A stretch of DNA of 64,000 nucleotides from Candidatus Velthaea sp. (GTDB lineage Bacteria; Vulcanimicrobiota; Vulcanimicrobiia; Vulcanimicrobiales; Vulcanimicrobiaceae), in assembly GCA_965214935.1 (NCBI GenBank), contig CBDCCS010000016.1, positions 64,001 through 128,000 on the forward strand, in the 5' to 3' direction. The position numbers and the translations under genes are program-made. Below are positions 18,876 through 28,725 of the stretch, piece after piece (position 1 is the first letter of the stretch; the number at the start of each line of letters is the position of its first letter). Under the pieces are notes generated by a model. It saw nothing but the letters and a program-made list of their open reading frames with translations. It had not been told where the DNA came from and made no database searches.

Positions 18876-19847
18876 TCATGAATATTTCACCCGCGGATCG
18901 AGCCACGCGTATGCGATATCTGCCAGCAGATTGAAAAACACGACGAGCAGCGATACCAGCATGAGATATCCCATGAGCAACGCGAAATCGAACTGCTGTA
19001 AGCCGTTGTAAAACAGGCGGCCCATCCCGGGCCAAGCAAAAATGTCCTCGGTAACCACCGCTCCGCCGACGAGAATCGGCAGCGACAGCGCGATGACCGT
19101 TACGAGCGGTATGAGCGCGTTCTTGAAGGCGTGTTTAAACACGATGACCCGTTGCGCGAGACCTTTGGCCGAGGCGGTTCGGATATAATCCGTTTTCACT
19201 ACTTCGAGCATCGATGAACGCATGAAGCGGCTCCACTGCGCGACATACAGCAAACTTAAGACTACGGTCGGTAAAACGAGGTGTTTTAGCCGGTCGCCCA
19301 GGTCGAAATTATCGCTGTCCGAGATACCGGCCGACGGCAATTGCACGTGGTAGCCGAACGCCGTGATGCCGTTAACTGAAAACGCGAGTTGCAGCATCAG
19401 CGCAAACCAGAATACCGGCATCGACTGCCCGAAGAATGCGAACGTCGTTACGGCATAGTCGGCAAACGAGTACGGCTTGAGCGCGGAGTAAATGCCGAGC
19501 GACACCCCGACGACGAGCGAAACAAGCATTGCTGCGCCCATGAGCGAGAGCGTCGCGGGCATTCGATCGAGAATGGCATCGAAAACCGGCATCGAGTTCG
19601 ACGTCGAATAGCCGAAATCGCCGCGCACGACCATTCCGAGCCAATGCAGATATTGAATGTAAACCGGCTGATCGAGTCCTAAATTGTGTTTGAGCCGGGC
19701 GATGTCGGCTTCGGTGATGTGCGGGTTTTGTAAGTACGGCGTTAACGGTCCGCCGGGCGCCTGACTAAGGATGCCGTACAAGATGATCGAGATGAGCAGC
19801 AGCAATGGGATATTCTGCAATGTACGACGGACGATATACGTTACCAG
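18876..19847 (-). CDS. oppB: Peptide/nickel ABC transporter permease (OppB/DppB)
   Basis: GLDQP..QY, GDFGYS, DYIRTASAKGL, FAWPGMG, LDPRV; start probably CTG 19847 (LVTYIVRR). Confidence 0.9.
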   Translation of the reverse strand: MVTYIVRRTLQNIPLLLLISIILYGILSQAPGGPLTPYLQNPHITEADIARLKHNLGLDQPVYIQYLHWLGMVVRGDFGYSTSNSMPVFDAILDRMPATLSLMGAAMLVSLVVGVSLGIYSALKPYSFADYAVTTFAFFGQSMPVFWFALMLQLAFSVNGITAFGYHVQLPSAGISDSDNFDLGDRLKHLVLPTVVLSLLYVAQWSRFMRSSMLEVVKTDYIRTASAKGLAQRVIVFKHAFKNALIPLVTVIALSLPILVGGAVVTEDIFAWPGMGRLFYNGLQQFDFALLMGYLMLVSLLVVFFNLLADIAYAWLDPRVKYS

Positions 19848-19930
19848 CGGTAGACCTCCGGGGATCCCCGTATGCGGAGCGGACCCTTTCCGGTGTTTGG
19901 AAATCGCTTCCTTTGGATTTTAGCCGAACG

Positions 19931-20773
19931 CTAGCGGGCAGAACCGACGCTAGCGGGCAGCCGCAGCAGCGCCCGCGCCTCATTCGGCGTAGCGACCGGA
20001 CGTCCCAGCTCGCCGGCGATCCGAACGATGCGTGCAACGAGCTCCTCGTTCGAGGCGAGCCGACCGCGGCTATAGTAGATATTGTCCTCGAGTCCGACTC
20101 GGACATGTCCGCCCATGGCGATCGCGGTGGCTGCGAGCGGCAATTGCATGCGCCCGATTCCGGCAACCGACCAGCTGCATCCGGCCGGCAAGGCGCGCAC
20201 GCAGTCGACCAAGTTTTCGACGCCGGCAGCCAGTGCGCCCGGCACGCCGAGCACGATATCCACGTGCTGCGGCAACGTCAGGTGGCCTTGCTTTTCAAGC
20301 AATCGCGCGTTGTCGAGATGACCGCGGTCGAAAATTTCGAGCTCGGGCGTTACTCCGTAGCGCTGCATCTGGGCGATGAGGCCGCGCATGATCGGAAACG
20401 AGTTTTCAAAGACCTCGTCACCAAAATTGACGGTGCCGCATGAAAGCGTCGCCATTTCAGGACGCAATTCGAGCGGCGCGGCGCGTTCGGCGGGCGACAT
20501 GCCGATCGCACCGCCGGTTGAAAATTGAACGATCAGGTCGCTTGCGGCACGAATGGCACGAAACGCCGCGTCGAAGCGCTCGACGGAATGCGTATTGGAT
20601 CCGTCGTCGTTGCGGCAATGCACGTGAACGATCGACGCGCCGGCAGCCCGGCAGCGTCCGGCGACTGCGCCGAGCTGCTGCGGCGTCACCGGCAAATGGG
20701 GCGTTTGGTCGGGCCGAAGTTCGCCCCCGACGGGCGCAACGGTAACGATCAGCGGGTCCATTTCCGGAGTCAT
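19931..20773 (-). CDS. kce: 3-keto-5-aminohexanoate cleavage enzyme (BKACE family)
   Basis: GASIVHVHCR, QFSTGG, PELEIFD, GGHVRVGLEDN. Confidence 0.9.
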   Translation of the reverse strand: MTPEMDPLIVTVAPVGGELRPDQTPHLPVTPQQLGAVAGRCRAAGASIVHVHCRNDDGSNTHSVERFDAAFRAIRAASDLIVQFSTGGAIGMSPAERAAPLELRPEMATLSCGTVNFGDEVFENSFPIMRGLIAQMQRYGVTPELEIFDRGHLDNARLLEKQGHLTLPQHVDIVLGVPGALAAGVENLVDCVRALPAGCSWSVAGIGRMQLPLAATAIAMGGHVRVGLEDNIYYSRGRLASNEELVARIVRIAGELGRPVATPNEARALLRLPASVGSAR

Positions 20774-22389
20774 TCGGGAGCCTCGGCCGGTGCTCCGTCA
20801 GCCGGCCCCGCATACAGCGTCGCGGCTCGCTCGACGATCGCTGCATCCAGACCCAATAAGCCGGCCAGAGCAAGGGCATCCGACCGGACCTCGGTTGCAA
20901 TACCGGCCACGATGATGCGGTAGTCCATCGCGTGCGCAACGGCATCGAGCGCCGCCGTGATATCGGCTGCCGCATGCGCATCAAGCGGACGCGCGAGCCC
21001 GGCGATCGTAAAGTGCGCGACGTTCGCCGCCCGAGCGACCGACTCGAAATGCGTTGCAATCAACGCGCTGGCTCGGCGGCGGGCGAGCGCTTCGACAAGC
21101 GCAACGAGCAGCGCGCAGCCTTCGCGCGGACCCGTCGTGCGCGCGAACTCGTCGACGAGAACGAGCTCGGGGCGATCGGTCGTCGCCAGCACGTCACGCG
21201 CATGCACGACCTCGGCACCAAATGCCGAAAGCAGGCGCGCCGGTTCGACAGTCGGTTCGGCGCCGATCCAAGCAACACGGGCAAACAGCGGCATCGTGAT
21301 GCGCGCCGCCGGCGGCGGCAGCCCGGCACTCGCGCACGCTGCCAAGAATCCACAAGTTGCCAGGGCGGCGCTTTTCCCACCCATATTCGGCCCGGTTATT
21401 ACGGCGACGCCGCTTACTTCGAGCGAGATTGCCGTATAATTGCGACCGGCGGCGTGTAAGGCGGCCGCCAGCGGCGCGAACGTCGCTGCTTCAAATGCAA
21501 AAACCGGTTCGCTTGCAAAATCCGGAATGCAGCCGCCCCACGTTTGCACGAAGGCGACTCGCGCCAGGGTGCAATCGAGTTCGCCCAGGGTCCGGGTGGC
21601 GAGCACGATTGCCTTACCAAGCGCCGCCACGGCAGTGCCGAGCTCGCGCCGGGCTCGCTCTTCGGCTTGCATCAGCTCGAGCAAAGCCCGATCGGTTGCG
21701 GCCGCAGCAGTAAGCGCCGGCGTATCAAGTTCGAGCGTCAACACCCGATAGGCCGGCGTTTCACGAACGACTCGGACACCGGCGGGTACGTTCGGCACCG
21801 CATCCCGCATGACGATGACGTGTTCGCCGTCCGCCGGATCGCCGCCGACGAGCGGTTCGAGAAGTTGCCGCAGGCGACGGCGTTCCGCAGTTGCCGCGGC
21901 ATCGGCAACGGCATAGCGTGCGCGTACGGCGCCGAGTGACGCGCCGAACGTGTCGGCGAGATAGAAGCTCCCGCCGAGCCGGCCGCGTGCCAGTAAGCCG
22001 GCAACCTCCGGCAGGACGGGCGGACGTCCGGACACGGGACCGCCGGCGGCATCCCAAGCGCTTGCCGTCGCATCGAGCGCGTCAGCGAACCGGAGCAACT
22101 CGAAGAAGTCGACATCATCGAGCGAATCGCCGGCGGTGGCCCGCGAAATGATGCCGGCCGGATCGGGTGCGCGGCGCAGCGCAGTCCGCGTCAACGCAAC
22201 GCCGGCCGGCTCGAGCTGTTCGGCGAGCCGGGCGATTCGCGTACATTGCGCGCGCGCGGCCGCCTCGTCACCCCGGCCGAACGGGCGCGCCGCGTCCTCG
22301 GTGCGCCGCCCGAAGTCGCCCACGGGTGCGAGCGCGGAACGCAACCAAAGCGCGCCGATACGCTCGGCCGTCGACGCATCGCAGATCAC
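20770..22389 (-). CDS. kamC: MutS-domain-V ATPase, KamC-like lysine 5,6-aminomutase reactivase subunit
   Basis: TGPNMGGKS Walker A, LVDEFARTTGPREG, IATH; GTGA overlap with the upstream stop; flanked by kce and a kamB-like gene. Confidence 0.72.
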   Translation of the reverse strand: MICDASTAERIGALWLRSALAPVGDFGRRTEDAARPFGRGDEAAARAQCTRIARLAEQLEPAGVALTRTALRRAPDPAGIISRATAGDSLDDVDFFELLRFADALDATASAWDAAGGPVSGRPPVLPEVAGLLARGRLGGSFYLADTFGASLGAVRARYAVADAAATAERRRLRQLLEPLVGGDPADGEHVIVMRDAVPNVPAGVRVVRETPAYRVLTLELDTPALTAAAATDRALLELMQAEERARRELGTAVAALGKAIVLATRTLGELDCTLARVAFVQTWGGCIPDFASEPVFAFEAATFAPLAAALHAAGRNYTAISLEVSGVAVITGPNMGGKSAALATCGFLAACASAGLPPPAARITMPLFARVAWIGAEPTVEPARLLSAFGAEVVHARDVLATTDRPELVLVDEFARTTGPREGCALLVALVEALARRRASALIATHFESVARAANVAHFTIAGLARPLDAHAAADITAALDAVAHAMDYRIIVAGIATEVRSDALALAGLLGLDAAIVERAATLYAGPADGAPAEAPE

Positions 22390-23276
22390 GCGCGCAGCTT
22401 CGCCACGACATCGAAGACGGGCAAGCCGGTTGCCGCGGCGACGGCGTTCACGAGCGCGCGCGGATCGAGCGCGCTGCCGCCGCCGCCTGTCGATGTGGTG
22501 CATGCGACGACGTTGAGCGGGTGTTCGCAGCGCAAGTCGAGTGCGGCCGCCAACCGATCGAAGAGTTTGCCGCGTACGGCAACGCGCGTCGGATCGGCAA
22601 CGACGACGGTCAACGCCTGCCCGCGAGCCAAGAGCTCGGCGGCATCCCGCGCATCGAGCGCGCCTTCGACGACCACGACCTCGCGCCGTTCTGCAGCGGC
22701 ATCGCGGCCCCGCAGGCGCAGACGAGCGGCGGTCGAGCGAGCGAGATCGGCCACTCCGGAGACGCTTGCGCCCGCGATCGCTCCGACCGCCAGAACGATC
22801 GCTTCGCTGCCGCCTGCCAGCGGTGCAAGCCGATCGATCGCGCCGTCGACAAAGGTCGGACCGGCTGTAAGCGCAGCTAAGCGGAGGATCGTGGCACGGA
22901 CGCCGCGCGCCGTGGGCGGACCGCCGATCTCGCACTGCGTCGGATAACGCACGCGCGCAAAGACCATCGAGCCGAGCGGACCGGGTTCGCCGGTATCGAT
23001 GATCTCGAACGCCGGCGAACGCGGGATCAGCGCGCGCGGCAATGCGATAATCGTGCCGCTCTCAATGCGGATCCGCGGCTTGGGCGCGCCGTCGAGCGCG
23101 TCGGCTGCTTCGCCGTCGCGTCCAATCGAGGTAATTGCACCGGTTATCCCACGCTGGTATGCCGCTGCGCGCAAAGCGTTGAAGGTCGTGGTTTTACCGG
23201 CGTTTTTCGCCGTTCCGACGACCGCAATGGTCCGGCTACGATTCGCCAAGGCGATATCGAGCAGTGCGCCGTTCAT
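22386..23276 (-). CDS. kamB: KamB-like reactivase subunit (P-loop)
   Basis: VGTAKNAGKTT, TSIGRDGE, KPRI, VDGAIDR; ATGA overlap with mntP. Confidence 0.7.
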   Translation of the reverse strand: MNGALLDIALANRSRTIAVVGTAKNAGKTTTFNALRAAAYQRGITGAITSIGRDGEAADALDGAPKPRIRIESGTIIALPRALIPRSPAFEIIDTGEPGPLGSMVFARVRYPTQCEIGGPPTARGVRATILRLAALTAGPTFVDGAIDRLAPLAGGSEAIVLAVGAIAGASVSGVADLARSTAARLRLRGRDAAAERREVVVVEGALDARDAAELLARGQALTVVVADPTRVAVRGKLFDRLAAALDLRCEHPLNVVACTTSTGGGGSALDPRALVNAVAAATGLPVFDVVAKLRA

Positions 23277-23836
23277 GCCGAACCGAAAAATTTGAGTGCA
23301 GCGAACACGATGCCCGTTGCAATGAGGATGATGCCGGCCCAGAGCGAGGCAGCTTCTTCCATGCGCTTGCCCAGCGCTTTGCCTAACGTCAGCCCGCCCA
23401 GGGTTGCCGAAATCGACGCACCTGCAATGCAAACCACCGATACGACGAGCGGAACGCCGATAAACAAGATCGAGAAGCCGACGCCGAGCGAATCGAGACT
23501 GATTGAAAGCGCTCCGAGCACTAAGCCCCAGCCACGCGAAAGATCGAAGCCGCCGGTTTCTTCTTTGCGCGTTTCGATCACCATGTACGTGCCGACGAAC
23601 GTCAAGGCGGCAAAGCCGAAATAACCCGCCGCATCGCCGAGGTATTTACCGGCCGTTTCGCCGATGCCGACCCCGATGAGGGTCATCGCAACTTCGGCCG
23701 TCGCGAACGCAACACCGATGCGAACTTTAACGCCGATATCGGCGCCGCGAATCCCGACTCCGATGCAGACGGCAAAAACGTCGAGCCCCAGCGAGACCGC
23801 AACAAACGCGATCTTAAGAGCCGCCGCTGTCAGCAC
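23273..23836 (-). CDS. mntP: Manganese efflux pump MntP family
   Basis: SLGLDVFAV and SISLDSLGVG repeats, about 6 TM helices. Confidence 0.85.
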   Translation of the reverse strand: MLTAAALKIAFVAVSLGLDVFAVCIGVGIRGADIGVKVRIGVAFATAEVAMTLIGVGIGETAGKYLGDAAGYFGFAALTFVGTYMVIETRKEETGGFDLSRGWGLVLGALSISLDSLGVGFSILFIGVPLVVSVVCIAGASISATLGGLTLGKALGKRMEEAASLWAGIILIATGIVFAALKFFGSA

Positions 23837-23875
23837 GCAGTTAGCGGAAGCTAATCGCGCACGGGCGCGGCAGGC

Positions 23876-24280
23876 TCAATGTGTCGCGGCAACCGACAAT
23901 CGGTCGTCGAGCAAGCCTTGTACGGTCAGGCGTAACTGCGCTGCGCTGAACGGCTTGTTGAGGAATGCATCGGCACCGGCACTCTTCGAACGCGCATCCA
24001 TCGCATAATTGTTATGGCCGCTGATCATCACGATCGGAACTTTGGCGCAGGCGGGGTTGGCTCGCACTTGCGTAATCAACTCGATACCGGAAATACCCGG
24101 TAACATAAAATCGCAGATCATGATGTCGAACGGCTTATCGCGTTGAACGTGGAGCAAGGCGCTTTCCGCATCGTTGCAGATGGTAAGCTCGTATGGTCCA
24201 CGACGCAGAATCGTCTGCAGCAGGGCGCAGATTTCAACGTCGTCGTCGGCAACGAGGACACGCCAAGTTTGGGCCATCAT
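23876..24280 (-). CDS. Single-domain response regulator
   Basis: VADDD, CDFMLPGISG, SG, FLNKP. Confidence 0.92.
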   Translation of the reverse strand: MMAQTWRVLVADDDVEICALLQTILRRGPYELTICNDAESALLHVQRDKPFDIMICDFMLPGISGIELITQVRANPACAKVPIVMISGHNNYAMDARSKSAGADAFLNKPFSAAQLRLTVQGLLDDRLSVAATH

Positions 24281-24359
24281 ATCCCCTTCAATGGGTGACG
24301 GCCGTTTCCGCCCGTAAGCCAGTCAGCCGACGTGTTAATATCGCGTCACCTCGGGCTTC

Positions 24360-25127
24360 GTGACGGGCCGGCCGTGGCCGCTGGTCGTGCCCGCGGCGCT
24401 GCTGTTGCTGGCTTTAGGCGCGCCGGTGGCGGGCTTACTGCTTAGCGTCGCGCCGAGTGCCGCGTTCGATGCCCTGCGAACGCCCGAGATTAGCGGCGCG
24501 GCGCTCACGTCGCTTGCCGCAAGCGGCCTGGCCGTTATCGTTGCGCTCGTCCTCGGCGTGCCGGCGGGTTATCTCATCGCGCGCACTTCGGGGCCGCTGC
24601 GAACGGCGGGCGTGCTGGCGTGTACCTTACCGCTCGCCTTTCCACCGGTTGCTGCCGGTGTCATGATCCTGGCGATCGTCGGCAACCGCCGTCCGGTGGG
24701 AAGCTGGCTCGCCGGCCACGGGCTGCCGATCGTCGATCGCTTCGCAGGCGTCGTCATTGCCGAGTTCTTTTCGTGCGCGCCGTTTGTGGTGGTCGCCGCC
24801 GCCGCCGCCTTTAGCGAAGTCGACCTGCGGCTTGAGGAAGCGGCGCGCACGTTGGGAGCCGGAACGCTCGAAACGTTCGGGCGCATTGCGCTACCGCTGG
24901 CGGCACGCGGCATCGCTGCGGGTGCGTTACTTGCGTTTCTGCGTGCATTCGGCGAGTACGGCTCAACTGCGGTCGTTGCGTATCATCCGACCGCATTGCC
25001 GATCGCACTTTATGTTGCGCTGTCGACTGACGGGCTCGACCGCGCACTTGCAATTGCCTATTTATTCGCCGTTTTCGCCGCGTGCGGCATTATCGTACAA
25101 GCACTTATCCGAAGGCAGGCGTCGTAA
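24360..25127 (+). CDS. modB: Molybdate-type ABC permease
   Basis: LPLAFPPVAAG, EEAARTLGA, RAFGEYGST. Confidence 0.75.
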   Translation: MTGRPWPLVVPAALLLLALGAPVAGLLLSVAPSAAFDALRTPEISGAALTSLAASGLAVIVALVLGVPAGYLIARTSGPLRTAGVLACTLPLAFPPVAAGVMILAIVGNRRPVGSWLAGHGLPIVDRFAGVVIAEFFSCAPFVVVAAAAAFSEVDLRLEEAARTLGAGTLETFGRIALPLAARGIAAGALLAFLRAFGEYGSTAVVAYHPTALPIALYVALSTDGLDRALAIAYLFAVFAACGIIVQALIRRQAS

Positions 25128-25149
25128 ACGGCGCGAAGGCGCGCAGTCG

Positions 25150-26034
25150 ATGATCAGCACGCAAGCGGCGCCCGAGTCACCGTTCAGCCGGCGCTTCTTC
25201 TTTTTAGCGAAACGCTTTGTCGCCGGCGAATCGGCGCAAGCAACGATGGATGCGATCGAGTCGCTCAACGCGGACGGCTTAACGACGACACTCGATTTCC
25301 TGGGCGAAGACGTTCGCGGACGCGATGAGGTGCTGCGCGTGCGCGATGAATATTGCACGCTGCTCGCCGCGATTCGCACGCGCGGCGTGCAATCGAATGT
25401 TTCGGTGAAGCTGACGGCGATGGGCCTGCTGCAAAGCGAAGCGTTCGCGATCGAAAGCGTCGAAGCGATTGCAGCCGAAGCCGCGCGCAACAGCGATCCG
25501 TTCGTGCGCATCGACATGGAGGGTTCGGCGGTCGTCGATGCGACCTTACGGGTCTTTAACGCCGTCCATAACAGCCGGCGCAATGTCGGTCCGGTACTTC
25601 AAGCGTATCTGCGGCGGACGCCCGGCGATCTGGCGACATTGCATCCGTCGGTTCGTGTGCGGCTTTGCAAAGGCGCATACAAAGAGCCGCCGGCAGTCGC
25701 CTTTCAAGACATGCCGGTCATTCGTTCGGCGTATCTGCGCTTGGCCGAGTCGCTGCTCGCGCATAGCGCCTACCCGGCTATTGCAACGCACGACGAGCGG
25801 CTTATCGAAGCGGTGAAAGCGCACGCGGCGCAAGCCCAAGTCGGCACCGACCGGTTCGAGTTTCAAATGCTCTACGGTATTCGGCCCGAACTGCAACGCC
25901 GGCTCGTCGCCGACGGCTATCGGGTACGCGTTTACGTTCCCTACGGCACGCATTGGGCCGGGTACTTCCGCCGCCGCATCATGGAGCGCCGCGAGAACGC
26001 GTTCTTCGTGCTCGGCGCACTATTTAAGAAATGA
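25150..26034 (+). CDS. Monofunctional proline dehydrogenase
   Basis: RFVAGE, LDFLGE, SVKLT, RIDME, RLCKGAY, ATHD, EFQMLYGI, YVPYG. Confidence 0.93.
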   Translation: MISTQAAPESPFSRRFFFLAKRFVAGESAQATMDAIESLNADGLTTTLDFLGEDVRGRDEVLRVRDEYCTLLAAIRTRGVQSNVSVKLTAMGLLQSEAFAIESVEAIAAEAARNSDPFVRIDMEGSAVVDATLRVFNAVHNSRRNVGPVLQAYLRRTPGDLATLHPSVRVRLCKGAYKEPPAVAFQDMPVIRSAYLRLAESLLAHSAYPAIATHDERLIEAVKAHAAQAQVGTDRFEFQMLYGIRPELQRRLVADGYRVRVYVPYGTHWAGYFRRRIMERRENAFFVLGALFKK

Positions 26035-26050
26035 GCGCAGCATACGCAAC

Positions 26051-27538
26051 TTAATCGGCGGGCAGTTGCTCCACGCGAATCATCCGGTCAGATTCGATCA
26101 GCCGGCCGAGAACGTCGAAGCCGCGCTCGATTTCGCCGAACACGGTGAACGAGCGATTCAAGTGAAATTGCGGCGACATTGTTAAGTAAAATTGGGTGCC
26201 GGCCGAATCGCGGATCGGTGCATTGCCGGTATAGTTTAAGCCCATCGAAATGACGCCGGAACGCTGCTCGAGCGGGTTTTCCTCAGCCGGAATCGTGTAA
26301 CCGGCGTCTCCGTCGCCGTTATCGTGCGGATCGCCGGTCTGGGCGACGAAATTCGGCACGATCCGGAACCAGCGTAAGCCGTCGTAGTAGCCGCGATCGA
26401 CGAGGTTGAGAAAGTTCGCCACCGTCAGCGGCGCCCACTCCGGGTACAGCCGCACGACGATCGGACCCTTCGTCGTGGCGATCCGAACTCGCGGATGCGG
26501 GCCCCGCGCCGGGCCGTCAAGCGACGCGGCAGTGGTCAGATGCAAGGCAAGCTGCGGCGGCACGTCGGCTACGCCGGGACGCCGAACCGGGCCGAGCGCG
26601 GACGGACGTTCGAGTGGGCGGCCGCCGTCGCCGGGGTGCGCCGGCGGCGGCCGGAAACCGGCGGGAATCGCCGTCAAATGTTGGGTGCGTAAGCGGCCCG
26701 CAAGACGGCGCAACCCTTCGCGTGCCTGTTCGGCAACTCGCCACGAGCGATCGGAGCGCAGCGCGGCGATCGAACCGGCCAATCGCGGGTCGCCGCGTTT
26801 TGCAGCGACATCGATAAACGCCATGCGCACGAGTTCATCACGGTCGTGAAGTCCGGCCGCGATGACGCGCGGCGACGGCGCGAGCGGATAGGCGCGTCCG
26901 AGCGTCCAGGCCAAATGCCAGCGCACGGTCCGATTGGTTTCGGCGCTCATTGCGCGTACCACAGCAGCTCCCGCGGCGGGCGCTTGCGGCGTCGGCGGGA
27001 GCGGCAACGGCGCAAAGGCGGCAAGTGCAACGGCGGCCCTCGCGCGGACGATCGGATTGACGTCGGAACGCATTTGCGTAACGAGCGGCCCGAGCAGCTC
27101 GGCAAAGTGCTGCTGCCGCGCAGCGATTGCCCGCTGCGCGGCGTCGGCGCCGGCGGCCCGCACCGCGCTCGCCGGATCGCGTAGCGCGCGGGTCACTCGG
27201 TCCAGCGGGCACGGCAGCGCATCGCACAGTAAGCCGATACCATAGATCGACATTGCACGAACGCTCACATCGCGGCTTGTATCGAAGCGCGCGACGAGCG
27301 GCGCAAGCGCGCGCCGATCCTTGGTTCGGCCGAGGGACAATGCTGCGCGGGTAGCGCTTGTACTGTCAGGTGATTGTAAATTGCGAACGATTGCGAAGGA
27401 AAAACTTCGCGATAATTCCACTTCGATATCACGACGTTGACCGGGATCGTCGTGGTGTGAATTTGCGACCGCTGCAGCCGTCATCGACAGCATCGCGCCA
27501 AGACCGAGAATTTTTACAACCGACGCAACGACATCCAT
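26051..27538 (-). CDS. HEAT-repeat plus cyclophilin-type peptidyl-prolyl isomerase, secreted
   Basis: Signal peptide, HEAT-like repeats, APLTVANF...GYYDG..FRIVPNFVAQTGDP, TVFG. Confidence 0.85.
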   Translation of the reverse strand: MDVVASVVKILGLGAMLSMTAAAVANSHHDDPGQRRDIEVELSRSFSFAIVRNLQSPDSTSATRAALSLGRTKDRRALAPLVARFDTSRDVSVRAMSIYGIGLLCDALPCPLDRVTRALRDPASAVRAAGADAAQRAIAARQQHFAELLGPLVTQMRSDVNPIVRARAAVALAAFAPLPLPPTPQAPAAGAAVVRAMSAETNRTVRWHLAWTLGRAYPLAPSPRVIAAGLHDRDELVRMAFIDVAAKRGDPRLAGSIAALRSDRSWRVAEQAREGLRRLAGRLRTQHLTAIPAGFRPPPAHPGDGGRPLERPSALGPVRRPGVADVPPQLALHLTTAASLDGPARGPHPRVRIATTKGPIVVRLYPEWAPLTVANFLNLVDRGYYDGLRWFRIVPNFVAQTGDPHDNGDGDAGYTIPAEENPLEQRSGVISMGLNYTGNAPIRDSAGTQFYLTMSPQFHLNRSFTVFGEIERGFDVLGRLIESDRMIRVEQLPAD

Positions 27539-27631
27539 GTGTGCGCTATCGTTAGGGACCCAACAATTACAACCATTCGGTGTTGTCGGACCGGCTCCGG
27601 CGCTACCGGCACTTCTAAGGACCGAAGGTAC

Positions 27632-27976
27632 ATGTCGACCACTGACAACGAAAAGAAATCCGGCGGCGGAATGAGCGTCCGCGAAGCCGGTCAAAAAGGC
27701 GGCGAGACCGTCAAGAAAAAATACGGCCCGGAGTTTTACGAAGCGATCGGGCGCAAAGGCGGTCAGGCGACCAAAGCCGCGCACGGGCACGCCTTCTACG
27801 AGCAAATTGGAAAGAAGGGCGGCAAGAAAGGCGGCGAAGCAACGCGCGACCGCTATGGTCCGGCGTTCTACGAAGAGATCGGGCAAAAGGGTGGCCAGAA
27901 GGTGAAAGCATTAATCGAGCAGGGCAAACGCGCGGCAGCCGACGCCGCAGCCGCAGCCGACAAGCGGGCTTCCTAG
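27632..27976 (+). CDS. KGG-repeat general stress protein (GsiB/Em-like)
   Basis: MSVREAGQKGG and about 20-aa FYExIGxKGG repeats. Confidence 0.9.
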   Translation: MSTTDNEKKSGGGMSVREAGQKGGETVKKKYGPEFYEAIGRKGGQATKAAHGHAFYEQIGKKGGKKGGEATRDRYGPAFYEEIGQKGGQKVKALIEQGKRAAADAAAAADKRAS

Positions 27977-28011
27977 GCGTTTTTGCAACCGTCGCGCTCG
28001 CGACGGCCGTA

Positions 28012-28656
28012 ATGACAGCGCACACCGCCGCGCGGGCGCAAACCCCCGCGGCGGCTACATCTCTGCCGATCGGCACACCGCTGACGGTGATTGCCGAACA
28101 AACCGTCGATGCTCACGTGCGCCCGTTCTCGGTATTTCGCGTGCATCTGCGCGATCCGTTGACGTTGAGCCGGACCCTCGTTGCAATTGCCGGGACGCCG
28201 GCACGCCTGGTCGTGACGAGCAAAGATGTGACGCCGATGGGTATCACGCGCTTTCACATCTCGATCATCGGACTCAACTTAGGCGTCGCAGGCACCCTGC
28301 CGGTGCGGCCCGACGTACCCGTCGTCGATGGTATCGCCGCCGGCATGCCGATTGCCGTTACAACTCTGGCAGCCGTCGCTTATGACGACGGCAAAGTCCG
28401 GGTCGAAATCCCGCTGCCGTTCAAACTTTCCGCCGAGCCGCCGAGTGCCGGCTATACGCCTCCGCCATTACGAACCGCCGCGCCGTTCGTTCCGCGTCGG
28501 CGTCCGACCCCGAAGCCGAGCGCGGTACCGACTCCGTCGCCGGCCGACAGCCCGTTGCCGGGCCAGACGCCGCCCGCAACCTCTGCATCGCCGCCCGGTG
28601 GACCGCTCGGAACGACACCGACGCCGCCGGCAAGCACGCCGCCCGCACCGTCGTAG
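28012..28656 (+). CDS. Hypothetical protein with Pro/Thr-rich tail
   Basis: 214-aa ORF with a beta-rich core and low-complexity C-terminus; true start uncertain. Confidence 0.65.
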   Translation: MTAHTAARAQTPAAATSLPIGTPLTVIAEQTVDAHVRPFSVFRVHLRDPLTLSRTLVAIAGTPARLVVTSKDVTPMGITRFHISIIGLNLGVAGTLPVRPDVPVVDGIAAGMPIAVTTLAAVAYDDGKVRVEIPLPFKLSAEPPSAGYTPPPLRTAAPFVPRRRPTPKPSAVPTPSPADSPLPGQTPPATSASPPGGPLGTTPTPPASTPPAPS

Positions 28657-28725
28657 CGCCGCCCGAGGCGAAAGCGTTCGGCCGGCGACAAAAGGCACGG
28701 ACTTGTGCGCTGCGAAGGTCGCCGT

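Noticed and set aside
20770..22389. MutS/MutS2 mismatch-repair call
   Set aside because: Only the ATPase domain is recognisable, no Smr domain, and the kamB/kce context points to KamC
27632..27976. Nucleotide repeats suggesting an array
   Set aside because: Explained by the coding KGG repeats; no repeat-spacer structure or cas genes
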